NCBI GenBank assembly: GCA_049968255.1
Contig: JBMFRB010000006.1
Coordinates: 71,800-135,799 of the forward strand
Reading direction: 5' to 3'
Origin: Candidatus Sumerlaeaceae bacterium
GTDB taxonomy: Bacteria; Sumerlaeota; Sumerlaeia; Sumerlaeales; Sumerlaeaceae
Length of the DNA: 64,000 nucleotides
Part shown: positions 8,952 through 17,735 of the stretch, one piece after another
Layout: each line of letters opens with the position of its first letter
Numbering within the stretch: the stretch's first letter is position 1
Program-made: the position numbers and the translations under genes
The notes under the pieces: generated by a model
The model's database searches: none
What the model was told of the DNA's origin: nothing
What the model saw: the letters and a program-made list of their open reading frames with translations, nothing else

Positions 8952-10517
8952 ATGAAGGCCAACGAAAAGCTTTATTACACAGCAATTTTGCTAACATGTT
9001 TTCTTTGTCTAGCCACACTTGGACTCGCACGTCCGAGCTATCAAGTGAGGGTCCTCTCTCCCCAACCAGAAGAGGTGCTTAGAGGCCCTGACGTCGTCGT
9101 GTGGGTTGAATGCGAAGGTCTGGATATTCGCGCGGGGTGCCACTCGATCCATCTCATGCTCGACAATGAGCCGTTTGTCGTAAAATATGATTTATCGCGC
9201 CCCCAAATCTTTCACGATGTGGCGCCCGGCACTCATACACTGCGTGTGTATGCGGCGAATCCCTATCACGAAATTGTTGGCGACACTCTTTGTGTTGTGC
9301 CTTTTGCTGTGGAATATCACGATGGGGAAAATCGGCCTGAACGTGGTGAACCTCTGCTGACCTATGTTTTGCCGCAGGGGGAATATCGCGGAATTGATTG
9401 CGCTGATATCGTTCTGAACTTTGCTGTGAGTGGTGCACCGCTGAGCCGGCACGGCTATCGCGTGCAATACTATGTGGATGGGCGCCGCTACATCATGTCG
9501 CGGCAAGAGAGTGTGCACTTGCGCGGACTCAAAGGGGGGTACCACACGATTCGCATGGAGCTCATCGACGAGCGCGGCCGCGTGGTCCCTGGCCCATTTA
9601 ATGCCGTCCAGCGCACGATCTTGCTTTCGCCGGAGAAAGAGTTGGAAGCACCCCAGCACGGCAAGCACCCCGTGCTTCAATCGCTCCAAGGACCGATGAC
9701 GGGCGGCCGCATGTGGGTTGCGCGCGCTGAGCCAGAAGTGACTGGAGCTGGGAAAGAGCAACAGGCACGATCGGGAAGTTCTAAGATCTCGGTCGCTGTT
9801 GCGAAAGCCAAAGGGATCGCCGCCGAAAAGAGTTCGGGAAAATCGCGAGAGCAAAAGGCGCCGGATTTCGAGGATTCGCTTGCGCCCGTTGGGGAAGAAC
9901 ACGTGGCACCTCCCCAGGCTCCCGAAACCACCACTGAGAACAAGGCAGCTGAGGTTCTCCCGACGGAGAGGATAAACGAAACGACAAAATCCGTCCAGCG
10001 CTCCGAGGCAACCACAACGAAGGGATTGAGCGTTAGACGCGTGTCGCTTGTTCGAAAAGACACAACGTCGCCGACACTCACGAATTTGAAGGCTGTCGCA
10101 ACAAGCTCCACGCATACAGAGTACGTGCGAAGCGCAGCGCCTGCAGCACGGAGCGAAGCGACAAAACAGCCTCTTCCGACAGGAACCATCGACACCTCGT
10201 CGAGTCGCACACCAATGATCCCGCCGCCAACTCCGCCGATGATCAAAGGGTCGATTCCGACACCGTCTTCGTCTACATCGTCGGGAACTGCGACGCCATC
10301 TCCGTCAACGCGTTCATCAACTCCTACGCCTCAACTGAGGCCTCAGGAACCCGAAACAACGAGGAGTGCTCGAAGCGGTAAAGTGGAAAAAGTCATCAGC
10401 ATGGCTGGACCGGCGCCAGCAATCGTGGAGCAAGACGATAGCGAGGAGAGCACCTCGGCCATTGCGCGTGTTCTCGGGATGAACGGCGCCGCGGTGAACA
10501 TAGAGGCGGGCAAATGA
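8952..10517 (+). CDS. Secreted hypothetical protein: two small Ig-like beta domains and a long Ser/Thr/Pro-rich disordered tail
   Basis: Signal peptide MKANEKLYYTAILLTCFLCLATLGLA; repeated pattern HLMLDNEP...APGTHTLRV / YYVDGRR...GGYHTIRMEL; low-complexity C-terminal half. Confidence 0.7.
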   Translation: MKANEKLYYTAILLTCFLCLATLGLARPSYQVRVLSPQPEEVLRGPDVVVWVECEGLDIRAGCHSIHLMLDNEPFVVKYDLSRPQIFHDVAPGTHTLRVYAANPYHEIVGDTLCVVPFAVEYHDGENRPERGEPLLTYVLPQGEYRGIDCADIVLNFAVSGAPLSRHGYRVQYYVDGRRYIMSRQESVHLRGLKGGYHTIRMELIDERGRVVPGPFNAVQRTILLSPEKELEAPQHGKHPVLQSLQGPMTGGRMWVARAEPEVTGAGKEQQARSGSSKISVAVAKAKGIAAEKSSGKSREQKAPDFEDSLAPVGEEHVAPPQAPETTTENKAAEVLPTERINETTKSVQRSEATTTKGLSVRRVSLVRKDTTSPTLTNLKAVATSSTHTEYVRSAAPAARSEATKQPLPTGTIDTSSSRTPMIPPPTPPMIKGSIPTPSSSTSSGTATPSPSTRSSTPTPQLRPQEPETTRSARSGKVEKVISMAGPAPAIVEQDDSEESTSAIARVLGMNGAAVNIEAGK

Positions 10518-10587
10518 CTGCAAGGAACGAAGCGCCACACAAGGATCAGAACGACGTCCGTGCTGTGAGCGGTGCACGCACGAGCGA

Positions 10588-11511
10588 ATGAAAGAGCTAT
10601 TTGTTCACGTTGATCTTGATGACCTATGGGCGATCGGCGAATGCTACGGTCTTGTGATTCCGCAGCGCCTCCGCCATTTTGTTTATGAAGACGGTTTGCC
10701 GCGCCTTCTGGAATTGCTGAGAGAATTGGGAATGCGGGCCACGTTTTTTGTGTGCGGGGCCGACCTAGAAGACAAGGCGTGTGCAAGCGCACTCGCCGAA
10801 GTGTTACGCGCGGGCCATCAACTCGCTAATCATAGCTATTCTCATGATCTTGGTTTTCGCGACCTCAGCGCAACAGCGATGCGTGACGAGATTTTACGTA
10901 CGCATCGTGCCGCAGAAGAACATCTGGGGATTCGCCTACGTGGTTTCCGAGCGCCTGGCTATGGTTGGTCTCAAAACCTCGTGCGTTTGCTGGCGGAACT
11001 CGGCTATCTTTATGACTCTTCGCTCATGCCAAATCCGTTTGGTGGGGTTTTCCGTTTTTTCGATGCGCGACTAACCCGGAAGGTGAGTGGGCGATTGGGG
11101 ATGAAAAAAACGCAGTTCCCACGTTTGTGGGACGCGGCTCATCGGATTCGGCCTTTCGAAATGAGGTGGGCCGATGGAATCCGAATCTGGGAGCTACCCG
11201 TGGCCACCGCACCATTGTTGCGTCTCCCGATGCAAGGTAGCGTTTGTCTACAATTAGGTCCGCGATATTTTGGTTTTGTGCACGGCTTGCTCCGAGTCAG
11301 TGGTGTCACCCCAGTTGTTTTTCTGCTTCACGGTTCTGACGTGACGGACTTTGCGCGATTGGACCTCGATGCACTCAAACAGGTCGGATATTTTTCGATG
11401 TCAGCCGAGACGCGGATGACGCGTTTGCGCGCTTATCTCACGGCTCTAGCTGGCGAGCGCAAAGTCTGTCTCGCGGAACAATGGTTTGAGGAAAGGGCGT
11501 CGTGCCTATAG
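10588..11511 (+). CDS. Polysaccharide deacetylase (CE4/NodB family)
   Basis: HVDLDD, ATFFVCG, NHSYSH, GFRAPG and YDSS motifs. Confidence 0.88.
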   Translation: MKELFVHVDLDDLWAIGECYGLVIPQRLRHFVYEDGLPRLLELLRELGMRATFFVCGADLEDKACASALAEVLRAGHQLANHSYSHDLGFRDLSATAMRDEILRTHRAAEEHLGIRLRGFRAPGYGWSQNLVRLLAELGYLYDSSLMPNPFGGVFRFFDARLTRKVSGRLGMKKTQFPRLWDAAHRIRPFEMRWADGIRIWELPVATAPLLRLPMQGSVCLQLGPRYFGFVHGLLRVSGVTPVVFLLHGSDVTDFARLDLDALKQVGYFSMSAETRMTRLRAYLTALAGERKVCLAEQWFEERASCL

Positions 11512-12180
11512 TGTTTTGAGAAATTCGCGCTCGAAAGCCATAGCCTCGCGATAGTGGGGAAATCTCTTTTCAAGAGCACGGAATTGGGGGGTGTGTAGGC
11601 GTCGCCTGCCTGCGTTGTCGCGTTGTACGTCAAGCTTTGCGTGCAGGAGCTCGTGGTACACGACAAAACGCACGAAGTACTCGGGCACGTCGGGCGAGTC
11701 CAGCACGGGATGAATCCGGATCAACCGTTGGACGTGTTGATAGCAGCCTAGCTGGAGGTGGCGCCGGCGCCTGCGGGATGGTTTGCCATTGCGTCCCCAA
11801 GTAATGGCTACGTCGAGCTGCCCATCGAAATATTGCTCCACGAGCTCGCGTTTGATTTGGTCGAGATCGTAAAAGCGGCCGCGTGCACAAAGGCGAGGCC
11901 GGCGCGCATGTTTGGCCAAATGGGTATGAGGAATGGCGTCAATGAATTCTCGTAAAATTCTTCGGCTAGCCGAGCTGGGTTTCTTGACGAATTGGGCCAG
12001 CGCGCGGATGACGTTGACGTCTGCCGCGAGAAAAGCGCGATGAACAGAGACGTGCACGGATTGGTCGCCGTGCGAATGTCGCACCGAAATCAGTTGCGAA
12101 GTATTGCGGTTCAGCCGCAAGTGCAAGCGCAGGCCGGTAAATTCTTCGAGACGTCGGAGAAGAGCTTCAGGAGTCAACAC
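11506..12180 (-). CDS. SprT/YgjP-like zinc metallopeptidase domain protein
   Basis: ITWGR...LGCY...IRIHPVLDSPDVPEYFVRFVVYHELLH...HTPQFRALE. Confidence 0.85.
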   Translation of the reverse strand: MLTPEALLRRLEEFTGLRLHLRLNRNTSQLISVRHSHGDQSVHVSVHRAFLAADVNVIRALAQFVKKPSSASRRILREFIDAIPHTHLAKHARRPRLCARGRFYDLDQIKRELVEQYFDGQLDVAITWGRNGKPSRRRRRHLQLGCYQHVQRLIRIHPVLDSPDVPEYFVRFVVYHELLHAKLDVQRDNAGRRRLHTPQFRALEKRFPHYREAMAFEREFLKTL

Positions 12181-12228
12181 AATTACCAGCTAGACCACGG
12201 GTGCAAATGTGTTTAGTTTTGGCGGCGC

Positions 12229-12271
12229 AAAAAGAACAGCCCCTCGCCGCCCGTTTTGGGACGAGAGGGGC
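12229..12271 (-). terminator. Intrinsic terminator after the small lipoprotein genes
   Basis: Minus strand GCCCCTCTCGTCC-CAAAAC-GGGCGGCGAGGGGC followed by TGTTCTTTTT. Confidence 0.75.
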
Positions 12272-12294
12272 ACGCTATTTCGCGAGAAGAAGAC

Positions 12295-12435
12295 TTACTT
12301 CTCGACGGTCTTGCAGGCAACCTTTGCCGGTTTCGCAGCAGGCGCCTTCGGGGCCGTGCGGGCCTTTAGGTTTGCACAGCCGCTGAAAGCAACGGCACAG
12401 GCGATAAGAAGGGCAACGGTAACGGCCTTCTTCAT
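12295..12435 (-). CDS. Small Lys/Ala/Pro-rich lipoprotein (46 aa) ending TVEK
   Basis: RBS GGAGGAG; MKKAVTVALLIACAVAFSG|CANLKARTAPKAPAAKPAKVACKTVEK*; followed by a terminator. Confidence 0.8.
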   Translation of the reverse strand: MKKAVTVALLIACAVAFSGCANLKARTAPKAPAAKPAKVACKTVEK

Positions 12436-12460
12436 GACAACTCCTCCTAACCTAAGTGGA

Positions 12461-12492
12461 TAGTTTTGTTGGACTTTTACCAAACAAAACTA
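12461..12492. promoter_or_regulatory. Perfect 10-bp inverted repeat in the 5' region of the 46-aa lipoprotein gene
   Basis: TAGTTTTGTT (12461-12470) and AACAAAACTA (12483-12492). Confidence 0.5.
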
Positions 12493-12571
12493 GGTCTAAG
12501 CTACACTTCTAAAATCGCATCGCAACGAAAAAATTCACAGTGCGGCAACTTTTTTCCACGTGCGCATGCGC

Positions 12572-12739
12572 CTACTTCTCGACAGTGCCGCCAGACGTTT
12601 TCGCTGCGCCTGCGGCCTGACAAGGTGCACAGGCCGGTGCGACATAGCTAGGGGCTGGCGGGCAGGGTCGAGGCGTCGGGCGATAGCAGCAAGCCGAGAG
12701 CAGAAGTGCTCCCGCTACGATGACAAGCGTGGTCTTCAT
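12572..12739 (-). CDS. Small Cys/Pro-rich lipoprotein (55 aa) ending TVEK
   Basis: RBS AAAGGAG; MKTTLVIVAGALLLSA|CCYRPTPRPCPPAPSYVAPACAPCQAAGAAKTSGGTVEK*. Confidence 0.75.
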   Translation of the reverse strand: MKTTLVIVAGALLLSACCYRPTPRPCPPAPSYVAPACAPCQAAGAAKTSGGTVEK

Positions 12740-12885
12740 TTTCGGGTCTCCTTTGAGATCGTCGTCGAGCTCTCGAGAAGAGATTTGCTCGTCGTTCACT
12801 TCACACTGTCGCTTTCTTGCCGCAGGTGGCCGTTGTGCTTCAACAACGAAATGTGGGGCGTCCCGCTGGGTTTGGCGCATCTCTG

Positions 12886-15318
12886 TCACTTCTGACTGCT
12901 GGGAGTCGTTTGAAGCGTCTGTTTGGAGAGAGCGTCCAGGAACTCGCGAGCTTGGCGTTCTCCTTCCGAATCACCGCGGTCCCTGCTCAGGTATTTTAGA
13001 AGAAGCTGCTGCGCCTGCGCTCGGTTATTGAGTGTGCTTGCCGCCTGCGCAGCCAGAATCAACGCGCGCGCCGCTCGCGGATGATCGGGAAAATCTTCAG
13101 CAAGCTTTTCCCAGTGGTCGCGAGCTGCGGCAAAATCGCCAGCAGCAGCGAGAAGTCTTCCTAGGTCCGTAAGAACTTCAATTTTTTCGTCAGTTGTGGC
13201 GGCCCTCTGTGCACAAGCGAGATAAATCGCCTTGGCCCGTTCCAGGTCGCCCTGCATTGCAGCAGCTTTCGCAATGTGCGGCTCGATCTCGTCGCGCTGC
13301 TCTGGATAGAGTCTCCTCGCAAGATCAAGAAATTCCACCGCGTCCGCGAAACGCTTCTTTTCCACCAGCAGAGATCCAACGTGCACAAGAAATTCATCGC
13401 GTTGTGGCACGTCACTTCGCGTAGCAAGCGATTTCCAGAAGCGGATGAGTTCGCCAATTTGGCCGAGCTTTTCGGCAAGCGCATAGGCGTCCTCCGTGAG
13501 CTGATGAATATGGTGCTGGCGCCCATAGGATCCACGCTCAAAGAGCTCACGGTAGAGTGCCATGGCTTCCTTGTCGCGGCCTAATTTGCGGTATGCATTC
13601 GCGAGATTCATTTTGAAGCGTCCATTTTGGGGATCACGCTGAATCGCTTCATGATAATATGCTAACGAGTCAGTGGTGAAATTAGCCTCATCGAGGAGAT
13701 AGGCGGCGAGATGGATTTCCTCGGCTGTTGCACTGGTGTGTTTGGCCAAGGCTTGAGCGACGCCAATGGCTTTTTCGCGGTCGCCAATCACACGATAGAG
13801 TTCCATGAGGCGAAGGTAGGGCTCTGTGGCGTAAGGACGGTTTTTTGCAACTTGCCAGAGAGCGCGCGCCGCTTTGTCCACGTTCTGGTGCACCGTCTCG
13901 AGCGTGGGGGTCGTTTCGTGCGGGCCTACGACAAGCGAGTACGCGCGCTGGCTGGCGGCAATCGCGTATTCGTTGAGCGCTTCGAAATCCGTTGGGCGCG
14001 CCTGCGTATAGGCCTCCAACGCGGCCACGATAGCGTCAGGACTTCGGAGCTGATTCTCAGTGCTCATCATCAGCACGAGGAGCTCCGTCGGGGCTGTCGT
14101 TTCACGCAGGCGCGCTTGGAGAGCCTCGCGATATTTGAGATGATCGCTCGTCTCGGGTAAAAGGGCGAAAGGTGCTTCAGCCAGTTCTCGCAGGAAGAGA
14201 TAGTCCTTTCCGCGTGCCTCTTCTTCAAACGCTGCGACGACGTCGCGAGCGGGACGCACTTTTGCCAAAGCAGTCAGACGCATGTTAGCGGCCAGTTTAC
14301 GGTCGGATTCATCGAGCTTTTGCCGGTCGATGGCCTCGATAATGCGGCACACTTCGTCGTAGCGCTTGGCTTTGAAGAGAATGCCTGCGAGACGTAGTCG
14401 CACACGGTCGGGGTTTTTTGCAAGAGGGAGAAGTTCGTTGTAGAGCTGTTCCGCACGATCAAGTTCGACTCCTGGGAGTTGCGCCAATTCTTCGAGGAGA
14501 AGCGCTTTTGAGTTGGTCGTCAGGTGCACATCGTGAAGCGCGTTTTCGAGAACGGTCCTGGCGCGAGCGGTATCTCCGCGGCGCTGCCACGCCAGGGAGT
14601 CGAGCCAGGCGGCAGCGGGGTCGTTCGGCGCACGGGCAGACAGATCGGCCCGTAACTTCGCGTAGCCGGGTTTGGCATCGAGATTTGCAAGAGCCTCGGC
14701 CGCAAACTGGCGTAGATCTGGAAAATCCAGCACAGAGTTGTCTCCGAGCGATGTGAGGACTTCACAAAAAACATCGGCGATAATAGTCGGGTGTGCCGTG
14801 CGCAGAAGGCGCTCGAAGAGGTCGAGGCGTTGAGCGGGGGCGAGATTCGCAGAGCGCAGTGCTGCGATCAGGCGCTGCTGCGAGCGAGTAGTGTCCCCAG
14901 CATCGCGCAGAATGTTATAAAGAGCGACGGTTGCGGCATAGAATTCGGCATCGGAGTTTGCCTGCGCGAACAGTTCTAGGGCTTGGGTGGTATCGCCAGC
15001 GGCCAGAAAGGTGCGCGCGCGGACAAGGGGTGGAAGTTTAGTCAAGGTGTCGCGCGACAGGAGCTCCTTGACTGCTGTTGTCTGTTTTGTCCTGGCAAGA
15101 AAACGCGCATAGAGTGGGAAACCGTTTTGGGGGTCGAGTGAGACGAGCTGTTCATATTTTTTGCGAGCAGCCTTCCAATCGCGTTTTGCTGTGGCACGCA
15201 TTGCGTCCTGAACCAGACCAGCTGTGGTCTCCGCAGAGGATGCATGTGCTACGGAAACGTGGATGCACAACAAGATGAGAGCGAGACTGACCGTTAGTGT
15301 CCGAATGCAATTCCTCAC
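12886..15318 (-). CDS. Secreted tetratricopeptide repeat protein (810 aa)
   Basis: Signal peptide ending AHA; TPR-like helices such as YYHEAIQRDPQNGRFKMNLANAYRKLG and WEKLAEDFPDHPRAARAL. Confidence 0.85.
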   Translation of the reverse strand: MRNCIRTLTVSLALILLCIHVSVAHASSAETTAGLVQDAMRATAKRDWKAARKKYEQLVSLDPQNGFPLYARFLARTKQTTAVKELLSRDTLTKLPPLVRARTFLAAGDTTQALELFAQANSDAEFYAATVALYNILRDAGDTTRSQQRLIAALRSANLAPAQRLDLFERLLRTAHPTIIADVFCEVLTSLGDNSVLDFPDLRQFAAEALANLDAKPGYAKLRADLSARAPNDPAAAWLDSLAWQRRGDTARARTVLENALHDVHLTTNSKALLLEELAQLPGVELDRAEQLYNELLPLAKNPDRVRLRLAGILFKAKRYDEVCRIIEAIDRQKLDESDRKLAANMRLTALAKVRPARDVVAAFEEEARGKDYLFLRELAEAPFALLPETSDHLKYREALQARLRETTAPTELLVLMMSTENQLRSPDAIVAALEAYTQARPTDFEALNEYAIAASQRAYSLVVGPHETTPTLETVHQNVDKAARALWQVAKNRPYATEPYLRLMELYRVIGDREKAIGVAQALAKHTSATAEEIHLAAYLLDEANFTTDSLAYYHEAIQRDPQNGRFKMNLANAYRKLGRDKEAMALYRELFERGSYGRQHHIHQLTEDAYALAEKLGQIGELIRFWKSLATRSDVPQRDEFLVHVGSLLVEKKRFADAVEFLDLARRLYPEQRDEIEPHIAKAAAMQGDLERAKAIYLACAQRAATTDEKIEVLTDLGRLLAAAGDFAAARDHWEKLAEDFPDHPRAARALILAAQAASTLNNRAQAQQLLLKYLSRDRGDSEGERQAREFLDALSKQTLQTTPSSQK

Positions 15319-15438
15319 TGGCAGAGCTCCGCTGAGATTGAGTTGTAGCAGTAAATAGGATGAGTGCGTCGCAAAGGTGTTTCAAAAGATAGAGGGATCA
15401 CGATATTCTAGAGCGCAGACGAGGGGGCCCATAGAATA

Positions 15439-15468
15439 AGGGAGAGGGATGGTGCGATCCCTCTCCCT
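15439..15468 (-). terminator. Hairpin after the amidase gene (probable terminator)
   Basis: Perfect 12-bp inverted repeat AGGGAGAGGGAT/ATCCCTCTCCCT with a 6-nt loop; weak U tract. Confidence 0.6.
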
Positions 15469-15493
15469 GGCGACTACCCTCGCGATGAGAGCA

Positions 15494-16534
15494 TCAATTC
15501 GGACCGTAGTACTTGATGGCGTCGGCAATGACGTAGTATCCGCTCGTGGTCCAGCAAGACAGCTTAGTCGTCTGATTGCCAGCCGAGAGCGACACGGTGC
15601 CGAGCAGATTCCACTTCCCGCCATTGGCTTGCTGATTGACATTCACAGTTGTGCCGTTGGGCAGGATGTAGGGCGCGCTCGGGGCACGGTTAGATGCGGC
15701 AGTCCACCAAGCATAGATCTGGTAGTTGCCACTCGTGGCAATGTTGGCTGTCCACTGCGCGGGATCGCTTACCGCTGCGGTGGCACGCGCGTGGTAATTT
15801 GTACCATAGTAGCCGGCGACACTCGTGCTGGCGAACCAGTTTGATGAGGCTGTGAAGCCGGAGCTGCCGTTGTCCACAATGTAAGTCTGCGCCGTTACTG
15901 GTGTGTAGGCGGCCAAGCCATAGTGGTTTTGCAGCGCGAACATGTGGGCCTTACCGGCGAGATCTTGCCAAGAAGAACCGCCCGTGTAGACCGAATCGGC
16001 AGCGTTCGTGATGAAGGCTAGCTCGGACAGCGTGGCTGGCATATTTGTGTATTTCAGCACATAAAAGCCGGCCGTCTTCACGCCGCGATTTGTGCGGTTC
16101 CACGCCTCGATCATGCGGGTTTGAATCTTATCACGCAGATCGGACGATGTGCTTGGCGCGGTGTAGGAATAAGTTTCCGTGCCGTTGGCGGACGTGTCAG
16201 AGGCCGCGTTGTTGTGGATGCTCATGAAGCGGTTGCAGGCATTGTTATTCGCGATGTCGCACCGCCCTTGCAGCGAGACGTCAACGTCGGTCGAACGCGT
16301 CATCACGATCTGCCATGATCCACCGCCGTTTGCATCCTGCGTGTCCTTGTCAAGCCACGCCTTGAATTTGAGAGCGGTGTTGAGGACGTTTGTTTTCTCC
16401 TGCTGGCCGTTGCCGACCGCGCCGGGATCACTCCCGCCATGGCCCGGATCAATGCAGACCTTGGCAGTTGCGCCCCACGAAAGGGCCGTTGCTGCAGCTA
16501 GCGCTGCAATAGCGAGGCTGCGGTAAATCGTCAT
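15494..16534 (-). CDS. N-acetylmuramoyl-L-alanine amidase (Amidase_3) with C-terminal golvesin/Xly-CBD-like domain
   Basis: Signal peptide; IDPGHGGSDPGAVG..EK, SIHNNA, GTETY, MPATLSELAFITN; C-terminal IVDN...YQIYAWW...VNQQANGGKWNLLGT...ADAIK; RBS GAAGGAGG. Confidence 0.92.
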   Translation of the reverse strand: MTIYRSLAIAALAAATALSWGATAKVCIDPGHGGSDPGAVGNGQQEKTNVLNTALKFKAWLDKDTQDANGGGSWQIVMTRSTDVDVSLQGRCDIANNNACNRFMSIHNNAASDTSANGTETYSYTAPSTSSDLRDKIQTRMIEAWNRTNRGVKTAGFYVLKYTNMPATLSELAFITNAADSVYTGGSSWQDLAGKAHMFALQNHYGLAAYTPVTAQTYIVDNGSSGFTASSNWFASTSVAGYYGTNYHARATAAVSDPAQWTANIATSGNYQIYAWWTAASNRAPSAPYILPNGTTVNVNQQANGGKWNLLGTVSLSAGNQTTKLSCWTTSGYYVIADAIKYYGPN

Positions 16535-16676
16535 TTGTTACCCCTCCTTCAAGAGGCAGTTCGCAGTGTGTTGAAATGTTGGCACCCTTTTTAGCCGGGT
16601 GTGCCCGCCGGTGCATTCTCGTCCCCACCGAGCTGCCTTGACTCGCGAGAATGCGTTTTTTTCACCTCCTTTCCAC

Positions 16677-17687
16677 TTAAAATAATGGCGCAACATAAAT
16701 GACTCCGTCAACTTCGAAAGCGACCCATTGCCCATCGGGGCTGACACTGGGGTTGAGCTCGATTTGATCTGGGGACTGTGTGAGATTTGAGATTGCTGTG
16801 CCGTCCACTGTCGCGAGGTAAAGATCGCTAGCAAGCAGCTGGTGGCCGTCGTCAATGGAGATGTTGTAGACGATTCCTGAGCCATCGGGCAGCCAACTTG
16901 GTGAGTAACCTTCGCCCAAATAAATTGGCGGGTGCGAGCCGTCAAGCGCGGCGATGTAGAGCCCAGTGTAGAGGCCATTGTAGGCGATGTGACGACCATC
17001 GGGGCTCACAACACCTCCGTAAAAACGATCATCTCCTTCGCTGATCACGCGGGCAGTTTCGCCCGGCGCGGAGCGATAGTACACTTTGTCGTTCTGAGTG
17101 AAAGCGCCGACGTAATTGGTGTCGTCCAATGGCGAAGGAGCATCCACAGGTGTTCCGTCCGGATTTAGCTTTTGCTCCCGTCCGTCGTTTGAGATGGCTG
17201 TGATTGTGCCATCAGGATTCCATTTGGACTTATAGCCAACGTGTGCTGAATCGGTAAGCTCCCGCAAGGTGCCTCCATCGACTCCTTTCACGAAGAGCCC
17301 ATTGTAACCGGGCTTTGAGAACATCAACTCAAGGCCGTCTGGCGACCAACGCGGCACGATGAATTCGCCCTCAGCTTTATTTGTGACAGCGCGGGGGGGT
17401 CCAATACGACGCGTTCCGTTGACGACGGGAAGCTTTCGGGACGATGGACGCAGGCGACTCGTGTAGCCTGGATCCGCCTCGGGAAGGAAGAAGACCTTAT
17501 CAAGTTTTGAAAGAGAGGAGGACGTTTTTTCCTCTATTTTCGCGACGCGAGCGGATTTTTCACGGGCGCGGGGAGCACTTTGAACTCCCTCATGAGGTGA
17601 GCGCCCCACGCGCCAAGCGACGACACCGAGCAAGGCTACTGCCACCACCACTAAACTAAGCTTGAAAATTTGTCCAGTTTGCAACAT
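16677..17687 (-). CDS. Membrane-anchored TolB-like (PD40) beta-propeller protein
   Basis: N-terminal TM; repeats PRWSPDG, VVSPDGRHIAY, PSWLPDGSGIVY and PSVSPDGQWVAF. Confidence 0.85.
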   Translation of the reverse strand: MLQTGQIFKLSLVVVAVALLGVVAWRVGRSPHEGVQSAPRAREKSARVAKIEEKTSSSLSKLDKVFFLPEADPGYTSRLRPSSRKLPVVNGTRRIGPPRAVTNKAEGEFIVPRWSPDGLELMFSKPGYNGLFVKGVDGGTLRELTDSAHVGYKSKWNPDGTITAISNDGREQKLNPDGTPVDAPSPLDDTNYVGAFTQNDKVYYRSAPGETARVISEGDDRFYGGVVSPDGRHIAYNGLYTGLYIAALDGSHPPIYLGEGYSPSWLPDGSGIVYNISIDDGHQLLASDLYLATVDGTAISNLTQSPDQIELNPSVSPDGQWVAFEVDGVIYVAPLF

Positions 17688-17735
17688 CTAAACGATAGTC
17701 AACCTATTGTTTGTGGCAAAAGGTTTGAATGCACA

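Noticed and set aside
12295-12739. The Cys-containing small ORFs as RiPP precursors
   Set aside because: Both have classical lipoprotein signals, and no radical SAM, YcaO, LanM or peptide exporter is nearby
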